A stretch of 39,236 bases of DNA, taken from assembly GCA_049999805.1 (NCBI GenBank), contig JBNGIO010006380.1, positions 413,578-452,813 of the forward strand, written 5' to 3'. This DNA is from Folioceros fuciformis (taxonomy: Eukaryota). Shown here piece after piece: positions 1 through 12,030 of this stretch. The position numbers and the translations under genes are program-made. The notes beneath the pieces were generated by a model. It did no database searches and was not told where the DNA came from. It worked only from the letters and a program-made list of their open reading frames with translations. The first letter of the stretch is position 1, and every line of letters starts with the position of its first letter.

Positions 1-3000
1 CGAGGTCGAAGGCGAGGCGAGGTCAAGGCGAGGCGGGCGGGGAGGAGGCGGAGTGAAGCGGGCGGCCAGGAAGAAGACGGTGGTGATGGAGTGGCGCTTT
101 AAAGCCAGAGAGCCTGGCGAGAGCGAGACGCGCTCTGAGGACGTCTCCGACGCGATGATACGGCAAGAGACGCGACTCTGGAGAGAGACACGAAGGGGGG
201 CCAGGAGAAGGGAAGCTTAGAGGAGGTTTGCAGCGTAGGTCGGGGCCCGGGAAAGGAAGCGCGGCTGGAAATAACCCACACGCGCACATAGCCATGCCGC
301 GCTCTCTCTCTCTATCTCTGGAGGCGAGGAAAGAGCGGTGGGGGGCAGCGGAATGGCGGGGGCCGGGTGGAGTCGGGACAAAGGAGGAGGAGGAGGAGGA
401 AGAGGAAGAGGAAAGGAGGTGTGTGTCTGCAAAAGCGCACGGGCGGTCACATTTGTGCTGCCAGACACGTGTCCATTCCGGGACGGCAGATTACATATGC
501 GTCCTGTTTGTATGTATGTATGTAAATACATACAGACATATGCATGTTGTTTATGTCTGGTATCCAGCTACCGTACATAGCAGCACAGGGTGAAGTTTGG
601 CCGCTATTGTGGCGCCGGAGTAGCTATATTTGGAGGCAGCAGGGGAGGCGTCCCTGTCCCCGGGGGTCGCAGTCGCCACCCTGGATCCAAGCCTGGCCAC
701 GGCAAGGGAGGGCTGGGGCCTGGAAGGGCACATCACACCGACACACTTCCCTCGGCAGGGAAGCACAGTTGTCTCGTGTAGGTAGCCTCTGCGCCACAGT
801 TGTCCTGGCTTGGGATTTCTCGGGGAGATTCTTATGCCCCGCCCGGGTTCCCTTTCCGAGTTTTGGGGCAATTTCATATTCGTATTTGCAGCTGCATGGG
901 AGTGGAGTGGGCGGCAAAGGCCTGCAGCGTGCAGCCGTGTAGGGTTTTGGGTGATATTTTACCTGTCAGGAGGGGTGGGCTGGCTGGCTAGGCTGGGCTG
1001 AGTTGAGCTGGGCTTGGCTGGGCTTGGCTTGACGGCAGCACACGCACTGGGCACACGCACACGAACACGCGAATGGATGGATCACGCACTGCAATGGCAA
1101 AGGCAATGGCAATGACAATGCCGTTGTGTGTTACCACTGGTTGTGCGTCATTTTTGGATTATGTAGCTCTTGGGTCCCAGTACCAGCTTACAAGGCTGGT
1201 TGATGATGTCCATGGCTTACGGTGGCCCTCTGAGAGACATGCATGGATGGAGCCACGACGCTTCGGAGCAGCAGATGGCAGGCGGGTACACTTTCCTCCT
1301 TTTGCTGCCGTTACGGCTCCAGAAGATATGATCCTCTGACGTCGCCGGAGCACGTTGTGACAGGCTCGAGATGGAGATGAGGAGGAGTGGTCATCTCGAT
1401 TTTTCACTTGGGCCGGGACTCACTATCGCGTCTTGCCGAGGCAAGAGCTTGGAAAGCGTTTGTATAAAGGAGCGTGTGCATCTAAGTGGATGATGCACAG
1501 ACGGATGCATCTCTGGATATGGATGCTCACCTCACTGGAACGGGGGTCTAGGGACTGGGGTCTAGACTGTTGCGGGATGCTGGTAGATCTGGTTCTGGCA
1601 TGCTCCGTCGGCCATGGTGGTGATTTTCATTTCCGGGGGTCCCAGTCAAGTTGCTGCTCCTGGGAACATGGGCTTTGACTGTACGAAGGGACAAAGGGAG
1701 GAGTATTGTAGGCATTTTTGCTCAGACGGGGGAACAGTATGTCGGGGGCGAGCCGGCTGCCCTCGTGTTGTGAACAGCGCATGCAGCGGCAAGGCTTGGT
1801 GGGGACGTGGGATTGGGGGCACCCAAGTCTTGTTGATGGGTGGACTGGACGAGACAGACCTGGCCAGGCCAGGCCAGGCCAGCCAAGGCCAAAGCCCCAG
1901 GATCAGGCCCAGGCCCAGGCCCGTGCCTGATGACAGGGTGACACACAAGTTGGCCGAGGGCACTAGGGCGGCACTAGAATACCACCAACTGGCCACCTCC
2001 TTGCACTTCCAGCGGGAATCCCAACCATTGTTTCTATTCGGATATTGACGAATATAAAGGAGCGGGTAGCAGAATGCATCGAAACTCGGATTCAGTGCGG
2101 CTTGAATCTAGTTGGAATTCCAACGCCAGCCCAGCCAGTCGGCGGGCCATGGCCCAATCTCCTCATCTCACCGCATTTCTTCTATTGGATCCAACTCCTG
2201 GTTGCCAGCCACTGGTGGGTAAGCCAGTTGATGTGACAAATTTCGGAGCCTGTTAGAATCTAGCATTGTTCCAACTCCACTGTCATCGTGGCATGTGACG
2301 CACCCACTGGCGAAGGCAACCTTGCTGCTCCAACGCATCCTGGATGCATTTATGGTGATCAAGTCCAGGTACTGTATGTTATGTGAGCAAGCAAGCTGGG
2401 TCGTTCACGCAGGCCTGCAGAATCTCATCACGCCATTGCCCATCCGGTCGCTGCCATTTGACCGCCAGGCCCTAATAAAAGGCTTGCAGCAACTGCAAGT
2501 TCTCCAACGCTTGCACCACACTGCACCAGGTGGTGCCGTGCGTGGCCTGGCCCTGCCTTGGTGCCAAGTGCAACAAGCAAGGTGAATATATGCAATGCCA
2601 AGTATGCACATGCACACAGATTTGTAAATCATGTCCATGCTTTCTTCCATATCCCTTCCTCTCTTGGACCCTTCTCTTTTGCCTGCTGGTGCACGTGAGG
2701 CAGTGGTTCGGTCTCCTCCATGTGCTGCGTGTGCCCACCTCAGCCCTCCGAAGCATCGCCACAAGTTCATTATGAAGGCGACGCCTGTCGGTGGGTGGTC
2801 ATTCTTCCCTCCTCTCTCTTTCCCTGGGGCTTGAATCTCGTCCTGTCCAGCCCTTTTGGTGCGGTAATCTTGCGATGTATTACTGCTGCGTATGGTAAGA
2901 AACCGGCCCTGTAGCTTGCAATGAGAGGAAGGTGCAGAGTCAAGTATTGTGGGCACTGTTGAGCCAACGTTGTCCATTGGCGTGGATGAAGGCGGTCAGG

Positions 3001-6000
3001 TCTTATCCTGGGCTTTCACTCACGCACTGCTATTGGAATTCCTTCTTTTGGTGAAACCACTGTTGGCCTCGGCGTTCGCTGGTGGTGAAGGGAGTGCTTT
3101 GGCACACACGGGGGGGGGGGGGAACAAGGGTGGAGTGGGGTGGGGTGGGCTAAGCTAGGCTGGCTGCTTTCTTTTTGGTTTGGGGCAGACAAAAGCATGA
3201 GGCGTGGGATGATTCCCGGCAGGTCGTCAGGGGTTGCCCCACTGCCTGCATCTTCCCCAGTAGGAATGTGGATTATGGTGGAGTAGGTGGGCAGAAATTA
3301 GACTGGCGGCCCAAAGCTGGCCGCGGGATTACAAAGGCTGGTTGTGGGTGTGTATGTGTGTGCGCGCGTGTGGCTACCGGTGGGACCGGTGCATTTTTAG
3401 AATACATCCTGCAACACGCAAGTTGCAACAAGGCACGCACATCAGGCAGCTTGTTGAGCCCAGATGCCCCTGCGCATTACAGGACAAGTCGGGTGTCACT
3501 TTGCAGATACCTTGCAGCTGCACTGGGCAGTTGGGCGTGGCTGCACCTTGATGTGGGATTTGTTTTTTCCCTCGTTTCCTTCCAGCATTGATTGGCACTT
3601 GGCTACGGCGCCTAACTGCACAGTAGCCAGATTTGGGATGTCTGGTGACGTGTGGGCTTTTGTGGATGGAATGTTGGTTGCCTTGATTCGTGAATCAACA
3701 AAGATCAAGGCCTGTAAAAGGATACCCGCTGGGTGTGATGAGAGCCTGGCCTGGCCTGGCCTCGCTTGGCCTGGCCTGCCCCTGGCCTGCCCTGACAAAT
3801 GGAGCTGCAGCCATGCCAGCAGCCCAACAGGGTCCACACAAGCTCACAACCAACAACAGCAGTTGTGTTGCTGCCGCATGCTGCATCGGCATGGGCTCCA
3901 GCCTCCAGGTCCGGATCCGGGGTCCGGGTCCGGATCCGGGGTCCGGGTCCGGGTCCAGGTCCAGGTCAGATCACCCCATTAACGAATTTGATGCCTTCCG
4001 AGAGCTTGCAAGGTACAGGGTGACTGAATCAACAGTTATTCACCTTCTTTGATATGCATTTGGCGTACCAAAGTACCGAGTTGAGCATACCGTCTGTACT
4101 TACGTCCAGGGCTTCTCTCAGTTGTGGGCCATGACCGTCACGTGAACCATTTGGCTTTTATTGCATCCATTTCTTATAAATCGCATGGCAGGGAAAGGGG
4201 AAGACATCTCCAGCTTCCCAATGTCAACAAACACTTGATGCGCCCCCCTGCCCAGTGCCCTGCACTGCCTCTGCAGCAGCCGGCCTGATTAGCGCAGGCA
4301 GCAAGCGAAGCGAACTGGACTGCACAAGCAAAGTAGCCTCAACTGCCGGAAGGAAGCAGCATCCTGGAAAGGGGAGGGGGTCGGGCCCGGCCCGGCCGGC
4401 CCAGGCTCCCAGGTTTAAGTGTGGCATGCCGGTTGTGACTCATTTGCACCACCATGGGCCAGGTTGACCTGTAGCCCACAGCCATTTATTGTGCTTGTTG
4501 ACGACGTTGTTGTTGTGATGACGAAGATTTATGGGTACCGACCGGGGACATGTTTGTTTCCTCATGAAGAACACTCCAACAACACATAAACAGCATGGCC
4601 TTGTTACGTTATAGCTACCATCACGTAATGGTGGTAGCTGCAGGGATATGGGCTCCCACTGGATGTTCGAGTGGGGAGAATATTTGCCCTTTCCCTTGCC
4701 CTTCCCGGGCCTTGCCTTGCCTTGCCCTCTTGTGGTCCCCTTCTGCAATGTGTCGTGGGCACCCGCATCCAGCAACATGCCTGTACCCGCAAGCACACAA
4801 AATATGGTAAAAGGGCCTGGAGCTAGCTAGACATTCTCGACCTTCTTTTCCAACAGACTGTTTCCACGAATCTAAAGGGGACAGGTATTGCAGTAGTACG
4901 CATATCTATGTTGGGCCTCGGCCCAGGGCAATGCCGTGTGTGTGTGCATGAATGTGCACAATGCTCGCCTCGCCGAGGCCTTTCTATGTGAAAAGAGGAC
5001 CCCAGTTGGGTTTGGAGGCTTTGGACTCTTCGGAGCCACACCTTCCTTGCCTGTGTGGCCTGACCTGACTGCCTGACAAAGCTACCGCCACCGAGGAGGG
5101 ATGGCTGGAACCGGAGGCGAGGCCGGAGCAAGACAAGTTGGCAGCTGTGATATGCACACATTTCCACTCACTTTACAGTTGGTTTCCCGGTAGCGAAGGA
5201 CACCTGCTGTGCAGCTTTTCCGAGCACCAGACCTTGGGCAGAAATTCAACACACCCAGCCCAGTATTCTTTCGTGTCACGCACCTGACCTGACTGCCAGG
5301 CAAGCTCACCTCCATGGAACTGGATGCTCGGAGGACATGCACAGGGGAGTGGCCTGTTCCAGAACTGCACGCCTACCTACTGCATATGCCCTGGGTCCAT
5401 GTCCAGCCCCAGGCCTCTCGAGGAGCGTGATCCCAGGCTGCTCTCCCGTCAGTGCACACCACGTGCAGCCCAACCTGACTCCTCCTGCTTCTCTCTGTAT
5501 CTGCTTTTGCTTCTGCATGCCCGTCTGCGTCTGCGTCTGCGTCTGAGGGTTGGCAAAGAGGAGAGGATCCAGCTCTCGGCTCTTACTCTTTACTGTCTAT
5601 CTTGCAGACAACGCAGAGCACCAGCACAGACCGAAGTTCCAAAACCTCTGGTTGGCTCAACACCGATCACACAGGCAACCCATAGGCAGATAACATCCCA
5701 GTTATCATCCCTCCTCCTCCTCCTCCTCCTCCAGGTGGCACCACATCCGTCACTGGAGACATGGAACAGAGTCCAAGCCAACAGTCATGACATCTTCCAG
5801 GTCGCCGCCCCACTCAATAGTTTACTCATTCCCCGATTGCAGATCTACTTTACGCTGTACTGCAATGACATTGTGTGGCCTCTCGCAGAAATACAGAGGA
5901 CGCATCTGACAAAGCTCAACGCCCTAGACAGGGCCTGCCTGTCAGGGCAGCCGCTTTGCTGTGCTACTCTCTAGACTGCTCTGCTCTGGCCTGCCCTGTG

Positions 6001-6300
6001 CACTGTGATGAGAGCCTGCCCTGCTGCGCTCATGCTGTGCTGTGCGGGGGGCGTGCTTTTCTTCCGACAAAAGTGGTCCAGTCGAAGCAAAGGCCAAGCC
6101 CACCACCAGCCCACGCAAGCAAATCCTTCCACACTACTCATCCCGATCGCAAGTCCTGCCCCTCCTACGCACTAATCGCAAGCCGGTCAGCCAGAGTCTT
6201 TGACTCCCCAGGACACACTAATCACCACCCCTTTGTATTCTATCCGACGACCGCAGCTCCCCAAAGGGGACCACACACCTGTCGCTGCCTGTACTTTCCT
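1..6300. other. Unidentified GC-rich block with many short penta/hexanucleotide tandem tracts and decayed exon-like reading frames (possible degenerate mobile element or pseudogene cluster)
   Basis: Tracts: (GGCGA)n ~10-33, (GGGCT/GGCTT)n ~978-1030, (CCAGG)n ~1860-1920, (CCTGG)n ~3745-3790, (GGTCCG)n ~3908-3965, (CCTTG)n ~4690-4730, (CGTCTG)n ~5522-5545. Protein-like frames broken by stops lie between them. No recognisable domain. Confidence 0.35.
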
Positions 6301-7579
6301 AGAAGCCAGCGAGCTGCTTGTCTTCCCCTCAAAAGTGACCTGTAGCCCTCTTTACTGGGATTCACGCCCCTTGCTCTCCATTATTGTGCCCTCAATCCTC
6401 TACGTACGCAAGTACAGCATGGCGTTGGACAGGGCTGAGCTACGCTGCACTGCTCACTGATGAGCACTGGTATGCGAGTAACTGAATCGGTCCGGCTGGC
6501 TCCGTCTACTGCTCTTTCTTCTGCTTGTGCTCCTCCTCTTATCAGGCATTGCAGGAGCAACAGCTACAACTCAGTACAGAAGGTTTGTTGCTTCCTCGCC
6601 ACAGCAACGCACCTGGAGAAAAGCGTGAATGAGACATTTATCTGCCTGCACACTACGTAGAACTTACTGATTGATGTTGCCACCAACTACCCACAAAGGG
6701 AGGAGTGCACTATCGAGTAGAAAGAAAAGGTTATCCTAGTACAGATTCGGATCAGGTCTCCTGAGGTCAGAGAAACCGGCGCCAGAGCCGGCTTCAAACC
6801 TCATCTTGTCGTAACAGCACATGCCGGCTTCAATGTTGCATCTTCTGGTGACAAAGCATCAGATTCTGTGACGTGATGATCCCACTTCTCATCAGCGGAG
6901 TGCTGTTCATGCTGTTCGGCACCACCCCCAAATCCCAACACGCGTGCTTCTGCAGGAAGGTTGTGTTGACGACTGAGGAATATGCATTCACCATTCCAAT
7001 TGCGAGTGAACCAATGTGGGTCCTGGAGACCTTCATAAGAAAGGGAAGTGTTTGCCGTTGAGAAAATACCATTCGGACAACCGTGTTCTCCTCAACCTCT
7101 CTCTGAGAGATTACAGTTCATTTGGACTTGGTCTCTGCTCTAAGTCATCCAGACGGAACCGACTATGGTCCTCTGATGCAGAAGAGGTAGGCCAGTCCAG
7201 GTCAAGGCAAAGGACCTTGACTTGAAGTCGGGCACCATGGGCCCTGGGTCCTAAAAATCCGCACCCGTCACAAGCTCTAGTCTCGTGTCTGAGCCTCAGT
7301 ATGTGACGGGCAGATGACTCTTCATTTCCTTAACACCCAGGTCGACAGGTTGTCACAAGAGCACATAGTGCTATGTCCGATTTCAATTATGGATGGCCTT
7401 ATCCCTAGCCCCTCTGCGGTCAAAACTGCCAGCAAAACCATCCACGTGCACTTGCAAGTCAGTTCTGCGCTGAGTTGCTATCTCGAACTTGGAAATGATA
7501 AATACAAGCTTGCTTACAAGGTCGACAACTTGGCAGACAGAAGATGACCTACTAACAATTCTGATAATCTCTGCGCACG

Positions 7580-8679
7580 TCAAGGAGCCCAACATTGGGC
7601 ATGCTTCGATTTGAGCCACGGTGGCAACGGATTTTGAGGACGAGATGGCTTTACGGCCGGCTTGGCCTCCCTCAGTTCATTCGGACGGTCCACAAATCTG
7701 CAGCAGAAGACAATAGCATTGGAGCATGACAGAATGCTTTGCACCCCAGCAGGCTAATATCACGTTACACAAGATACTCATTTCAAAGCAGCCAGGCACT
7801 ATCACACAAGCTCAAACCTAACAGCTCACCTCAGCTTTCTCTCCGCACACATGAAAGAGCAGCACGTTCCAACCAGCATTCTCACGCACACCGTCAATGG
7901 AAGGACGCATTGACAAATTCAGGGCTAGAAAAATACTCAATGTATGCCATTGGAGCAGCATCTCCTTGGCGGATCCGTGTCTGCAAAACTCTTGTGTAAC
8001 CGCCAGCACGCAATCTTGTAAGTCCACAAGGTAAGAAACATTTTAGCCAGACAGAACCACACCGCAGAACCCCATTGCCAATGACAAAACACTAGAAGCC
8101 ACGACCACACTCACTCACCTGTACCGCTCTGCCATTTCGGTGAACAATTTAAAAACATTGCTATCTCCATGCACAATTCCAGCAGCCCGCCTCCTCGCAG
8201 CTAGAGTTCCCTGCATCCAACAATTTTCAGACACATACAACGATCGATCGGCACTCGCTCAACACCAAAACCAGATCGCACAAGAGGCTGAAGACTTGCC
8301 TGCTTCCCCAAGGACACCATGTTGTCTGCGACTCTTCTTAACTCCTTTGCCTGCACGCAAGCCCTCACGATGAACCAAATCCACAGAACACCATGCCCCG
8401 CAAGGAATCCATACCCGCATGCACCATAACCTCATCTCCTGGTAAAGAGTCGCACCTTGGGTACAGTGGTCTCAATGCGCTCGTGCTGTATCAGCTGCGA
8501 AACCATATTCCTGCAAATCAAGTCTTAGACATGGGCAGTCCTCCACTGAGCTAGACGGCTGAGAACGAGGGCATCAAACCCATGTTTGTGCAGCACCGAG
8601 CTGATACACCATACCTAAGAAGTGCCCACCGATGTGCTGATGGGCGTCCCAGTTTGCGCATGGAGTGACGGTGCTTCAT
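7580..8679 (-). CDS. rpl17: Organellar (mitochondrial-type) 50S ribosomal protein L17 (bL17), 6 exons: 8679-8615, 8510-8456, 8350-8300, 8210-8119, 8014-7937, 7697-7580
   Basis: Spliced translation [68 protein letters not shown]...[38 protein letters not shown]...WAP* matches bL17 motifs (HERIxTT, GGYTR, RxGDxAPMAxIE). All intron phases are consistent. Intron 3 has a GC donor. Missed by the ORF track because the exons are short. Confidence 0.95.
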
Positions 8680-9399
8680 TGCTGCTGCCGCTGATCTGTC
8701 TCCCTGCTAATCGTACCCTGGCGGCTTCTGCCTCCTTCCACCCGAACGCTAGAACTCCACACAGTCGAACGCCATCAACAACTTCTCTATAATTTTCGCC
8801 CTCGACTGTACTTATGTATATTATGTACTTAAGTAGAAATTATGGACAATAAACAACGTAGTTTCCGGCCCCTGTTCCATGACGGCCATGGAAAAGCTCC
8901 TCCGATGAACGATGATGCTTCTTTTATCATAAAATTTGCAACAAGCAAGATGAATTCTCGGGGACTTAGACTACTAACTTGGTTTGGTACCGCCAAATTT
9001 GAGCATTCAACCCAATGTGGGTAGTAATGTGAACGAGAGTGCTCAATCGTCTGGCCCAAGAGTTGGCCTCTCACCGCAAGGAGGGGCGGAGCAAGGGCTC
9101 GTATAAAGCACTAAGCTACCATGCAACACAACAGATAATTAGAATAATTTTTTTTAGTCTATCAAGTGATTATTTTTTATTATTAAAAAAGAGATGGAAA
9201 GTTCGATCTACCCCAAAAGATTAGAGGAACAACTCGAGGCCAAAACATCATTCTTAAAAACTATCATTCTTAAAAACTATCTATTAGTCCCAAAATGTCA
9301 TGATGTGGAATAACAAAAGAACTACCTACCACCCTGTCGAAGAAAACTGCACTGGAAAATGCTCTTTGCAAAGCAATGAATACACATTGTTGAAAGAAG

Positions 9400-11930
9400 G
9401 CCACCACAAAAGAAAGAAAGAGAATATCATTCTTATGACTATGTTAAACCTACGCACTCCTTGAAGAACCTTGAAAAGTCCTTGCCCATGGTTCGATGAG
9501 TCTTAAGAGCAAAGGGGATGAAAATATTGCTCATCTTGTAGAAGAGAATATTTATGGACTTTGGCACTTGCACAACCCTCTACTGCCCATCTAGGGGAGT
9601 TGATGACGTCATGCTCGCAAATCGAATCCCTAGTGGGATATGTAACAATCACATCAGCAACACAAAAATGTTTCTCCCTAGTGAAGAAAAAGTTGGCTCT
9701 AAGTGAAACCTGTGGACACTCCCTATACGAAAGAAACCCACACTCCCCACAAGACAACGTGCTAGATGAGACCCTGTATATGACAATAGCAACCCTACAA
9801 CTACATGTAGAGAGATAAAAAGCCAAGGGGTAGACCAAACGTATGCGAAAGTTCATTGCAATGGTGGAAACTATAAATGCGATTTGAAACACTTGCATGC
9901 AAGATTGAGCCAAAAGCTAAGAGCCCACTCCATTACCTGAACAAGAGCGAATATGAACCCGAGAAGACCTAGAGAAGGATGAGTCTAAAAGAAGGGCTCT
10001 TAGTGCTTGGTCATATTGCTTTTCCACAAGGAAGCCTGGAGATCACTCAACCCTTCCCTACGAAAAGAGGTGAAAAGAGGTAGAGCCTCACAAGCCTCCA
10101 AAGGTAAAGAGTCCCTTAGTTGCCTAAGAGATACGTGTAAAGGGAAAACTCCCTCCTCAATGCCTGATATAAAACTTTTAAGAAGAGGAGAATCTTGCAG
10201 CAAAAACCGAGAGGCCAAAATTGGATTCGAGAGTGCCCAACTACCGAGAAAGGCAGTTGGGGTAGAGGTGTCCATGGCCAAAAAGCCAAACCCCCAAAGG
10301 TGACTGACAAGGAAGTATGCTTTCAAGCCAAATCACCGACGGCACACTCGAAGGTGCAAGGACCTATGATGTCCTCAAGAGCTTGCACAACTTGATTATT
10401 GAACTTCTTTAGACTTAATAAGAAAACTGAAGGAGACATAATAGTTCTAGTGAGGTAACTCGATTGCCACGGAAAACAAGTAGAAAGAATACCAAATGCA
10501 ATCTAAGGGTCATTGATTTGTGAGAGGTTCATGATATGAGCTAAATCTTCATTCAATGTTGCATCCACAAAGCTATGAATAAAATCAAGAAGTCCCACAA
10601 GAACACCCAAGACTTAAAGTTCTTGCGAGGGGGCAATATCCCCCCCTTGCTCTCTCGAATATTGAAGGAGGGGGGGAGTGATGCCTAAAGGGGACCAAAC
10701 CTTACATTTAGACAACTTAACCCTCAACCCCAGCTAAGAGAGCTTTGATGAGAAGAAATCAAATGTTGCTTTAACTATGACTTTTGGCCTAAGAATATGA
10801 GTGCAATCAGCCACAGATGGGAAAAGGCATTCCGGAAACACCAAGTCCATAGTAGACATCACTTGAAAATGCACCATTGCAAAAAGAGCACCTCTTAGCA
10901 GAACCCCTTGACCTATGCCTATTCCTGAACAAAAAATTAAGACCCCTTTAATATGCATTGGTAGTAGAGCTTGGATGGTGAGCCACAGAAGGAGCGAACA
11001 AAAGGAATGAGATGAGCTAATTGACTTTTTGCACTCGTGAGCTTTGAGAAGATGGAAACAGTGTTGAAAGCATTCTTGATATCAACCTGCAAAGGTACTC
11101 AGTGAGGATGTAACTTGATGGTTGCTTGAATACCAAGGGCAGTAGATTCACACCTACCTGAGATAATAATCCCAAATTGGTGGGGTGCAAGATACGCTTG
11201 GAAGTGCTCCCGAAGTTGAATTTTGATACTTCAGCTGATAAGGTGCAAAAACACTCCCCCACAGCAAAAGGACACACTTATGAGGTGGGTTTTCTAAAAA
11301 TAGCAGCCTACTAACTGTCAAACATGAAGATTTCAATTTGGAACTTCACCCTTAGTTATCGCTAGTGTAAAAAGTTTCGAAAAACCACTTAAAAGATACT
11401 CAAGAGAAAAATAATCTTAAAAAGGTCATAAACTATGCCAATAAACCCCTAAAGAAATCTACAGCACATAGTGCATGACCGAAAACAACCCTATCCAAGC
11501 ACAAAGGCTCCTTGCGGTATAGTGTCATGAGGTTTTGGGTACAGGCAACGAACTCAATCCGATGGTGTCCTTTAGTTGCAAATGTTGCTGGCTCCAAGAG
11601 CAGTGCTCCACCAACCCGAGCATATTCATCATTCCTTTTCAACATGAGACATCACTTGAGATGCCCTTTAAATAGGTCATGACAAACTTTGTCAACCTTA
11701 AGCTGACTCTAAACGAAATTTTGTTACTAATAGATCCTCCATTTGAAGAACTTATCGATCTCCAAATCAAAAACGGCCAAGTTGAAAGACCATATTCACT
11801 ATAACCTAAAGGACTACCCTAGAACGATGAAGCACCATTTGGAATTTGAGGAGAGAATTGAACAAAATCCAAGCCATCCAAATCCCTCCCAAGCAATGAT
11901 CCCACGAACATAGAAAGCAAGGCGAATATC
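9400..11930 (-). mobile_element. Degenerate non-LTR retrotransposon with RT and C-terminal CCHC/restriction-like endonuclease (CRE-like); boundaries approximate
   Basis: Minus-strand fragments in the expected order: CPFAVGE (cf. RPIAVGE), QVGV, QVDIKNAFNTVS (~11055-11090), GIGQGVLLRGALFAMVHF (QGDPL motif), SVADCTHIL (YADD), LGLRVKLSKC, GFGF...AFLGSWA, RIRLVYP..TCSC..LSCGECG, ADVIVTYP, AKVHKY, FHPL. Many stops and frameshifts. Confidence 0.85.
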
Positions 11931-12030
11931 ATCATTATTATATTCCATAATTCATAATTAGGACATCAAGCTGTTTTGGCGTTTGGCCATCGAAATCCTC
12001 TGCATTGAGCTTGCTATTGCTGCTGTGGCT

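Noticed and set aside
6802-7085. ~90-codon open minus-strand frame (…LQDPHWFTRNWNGECIFL…)
   Set aside because: No start or splice context and no recognisable motif; compatible with chance.
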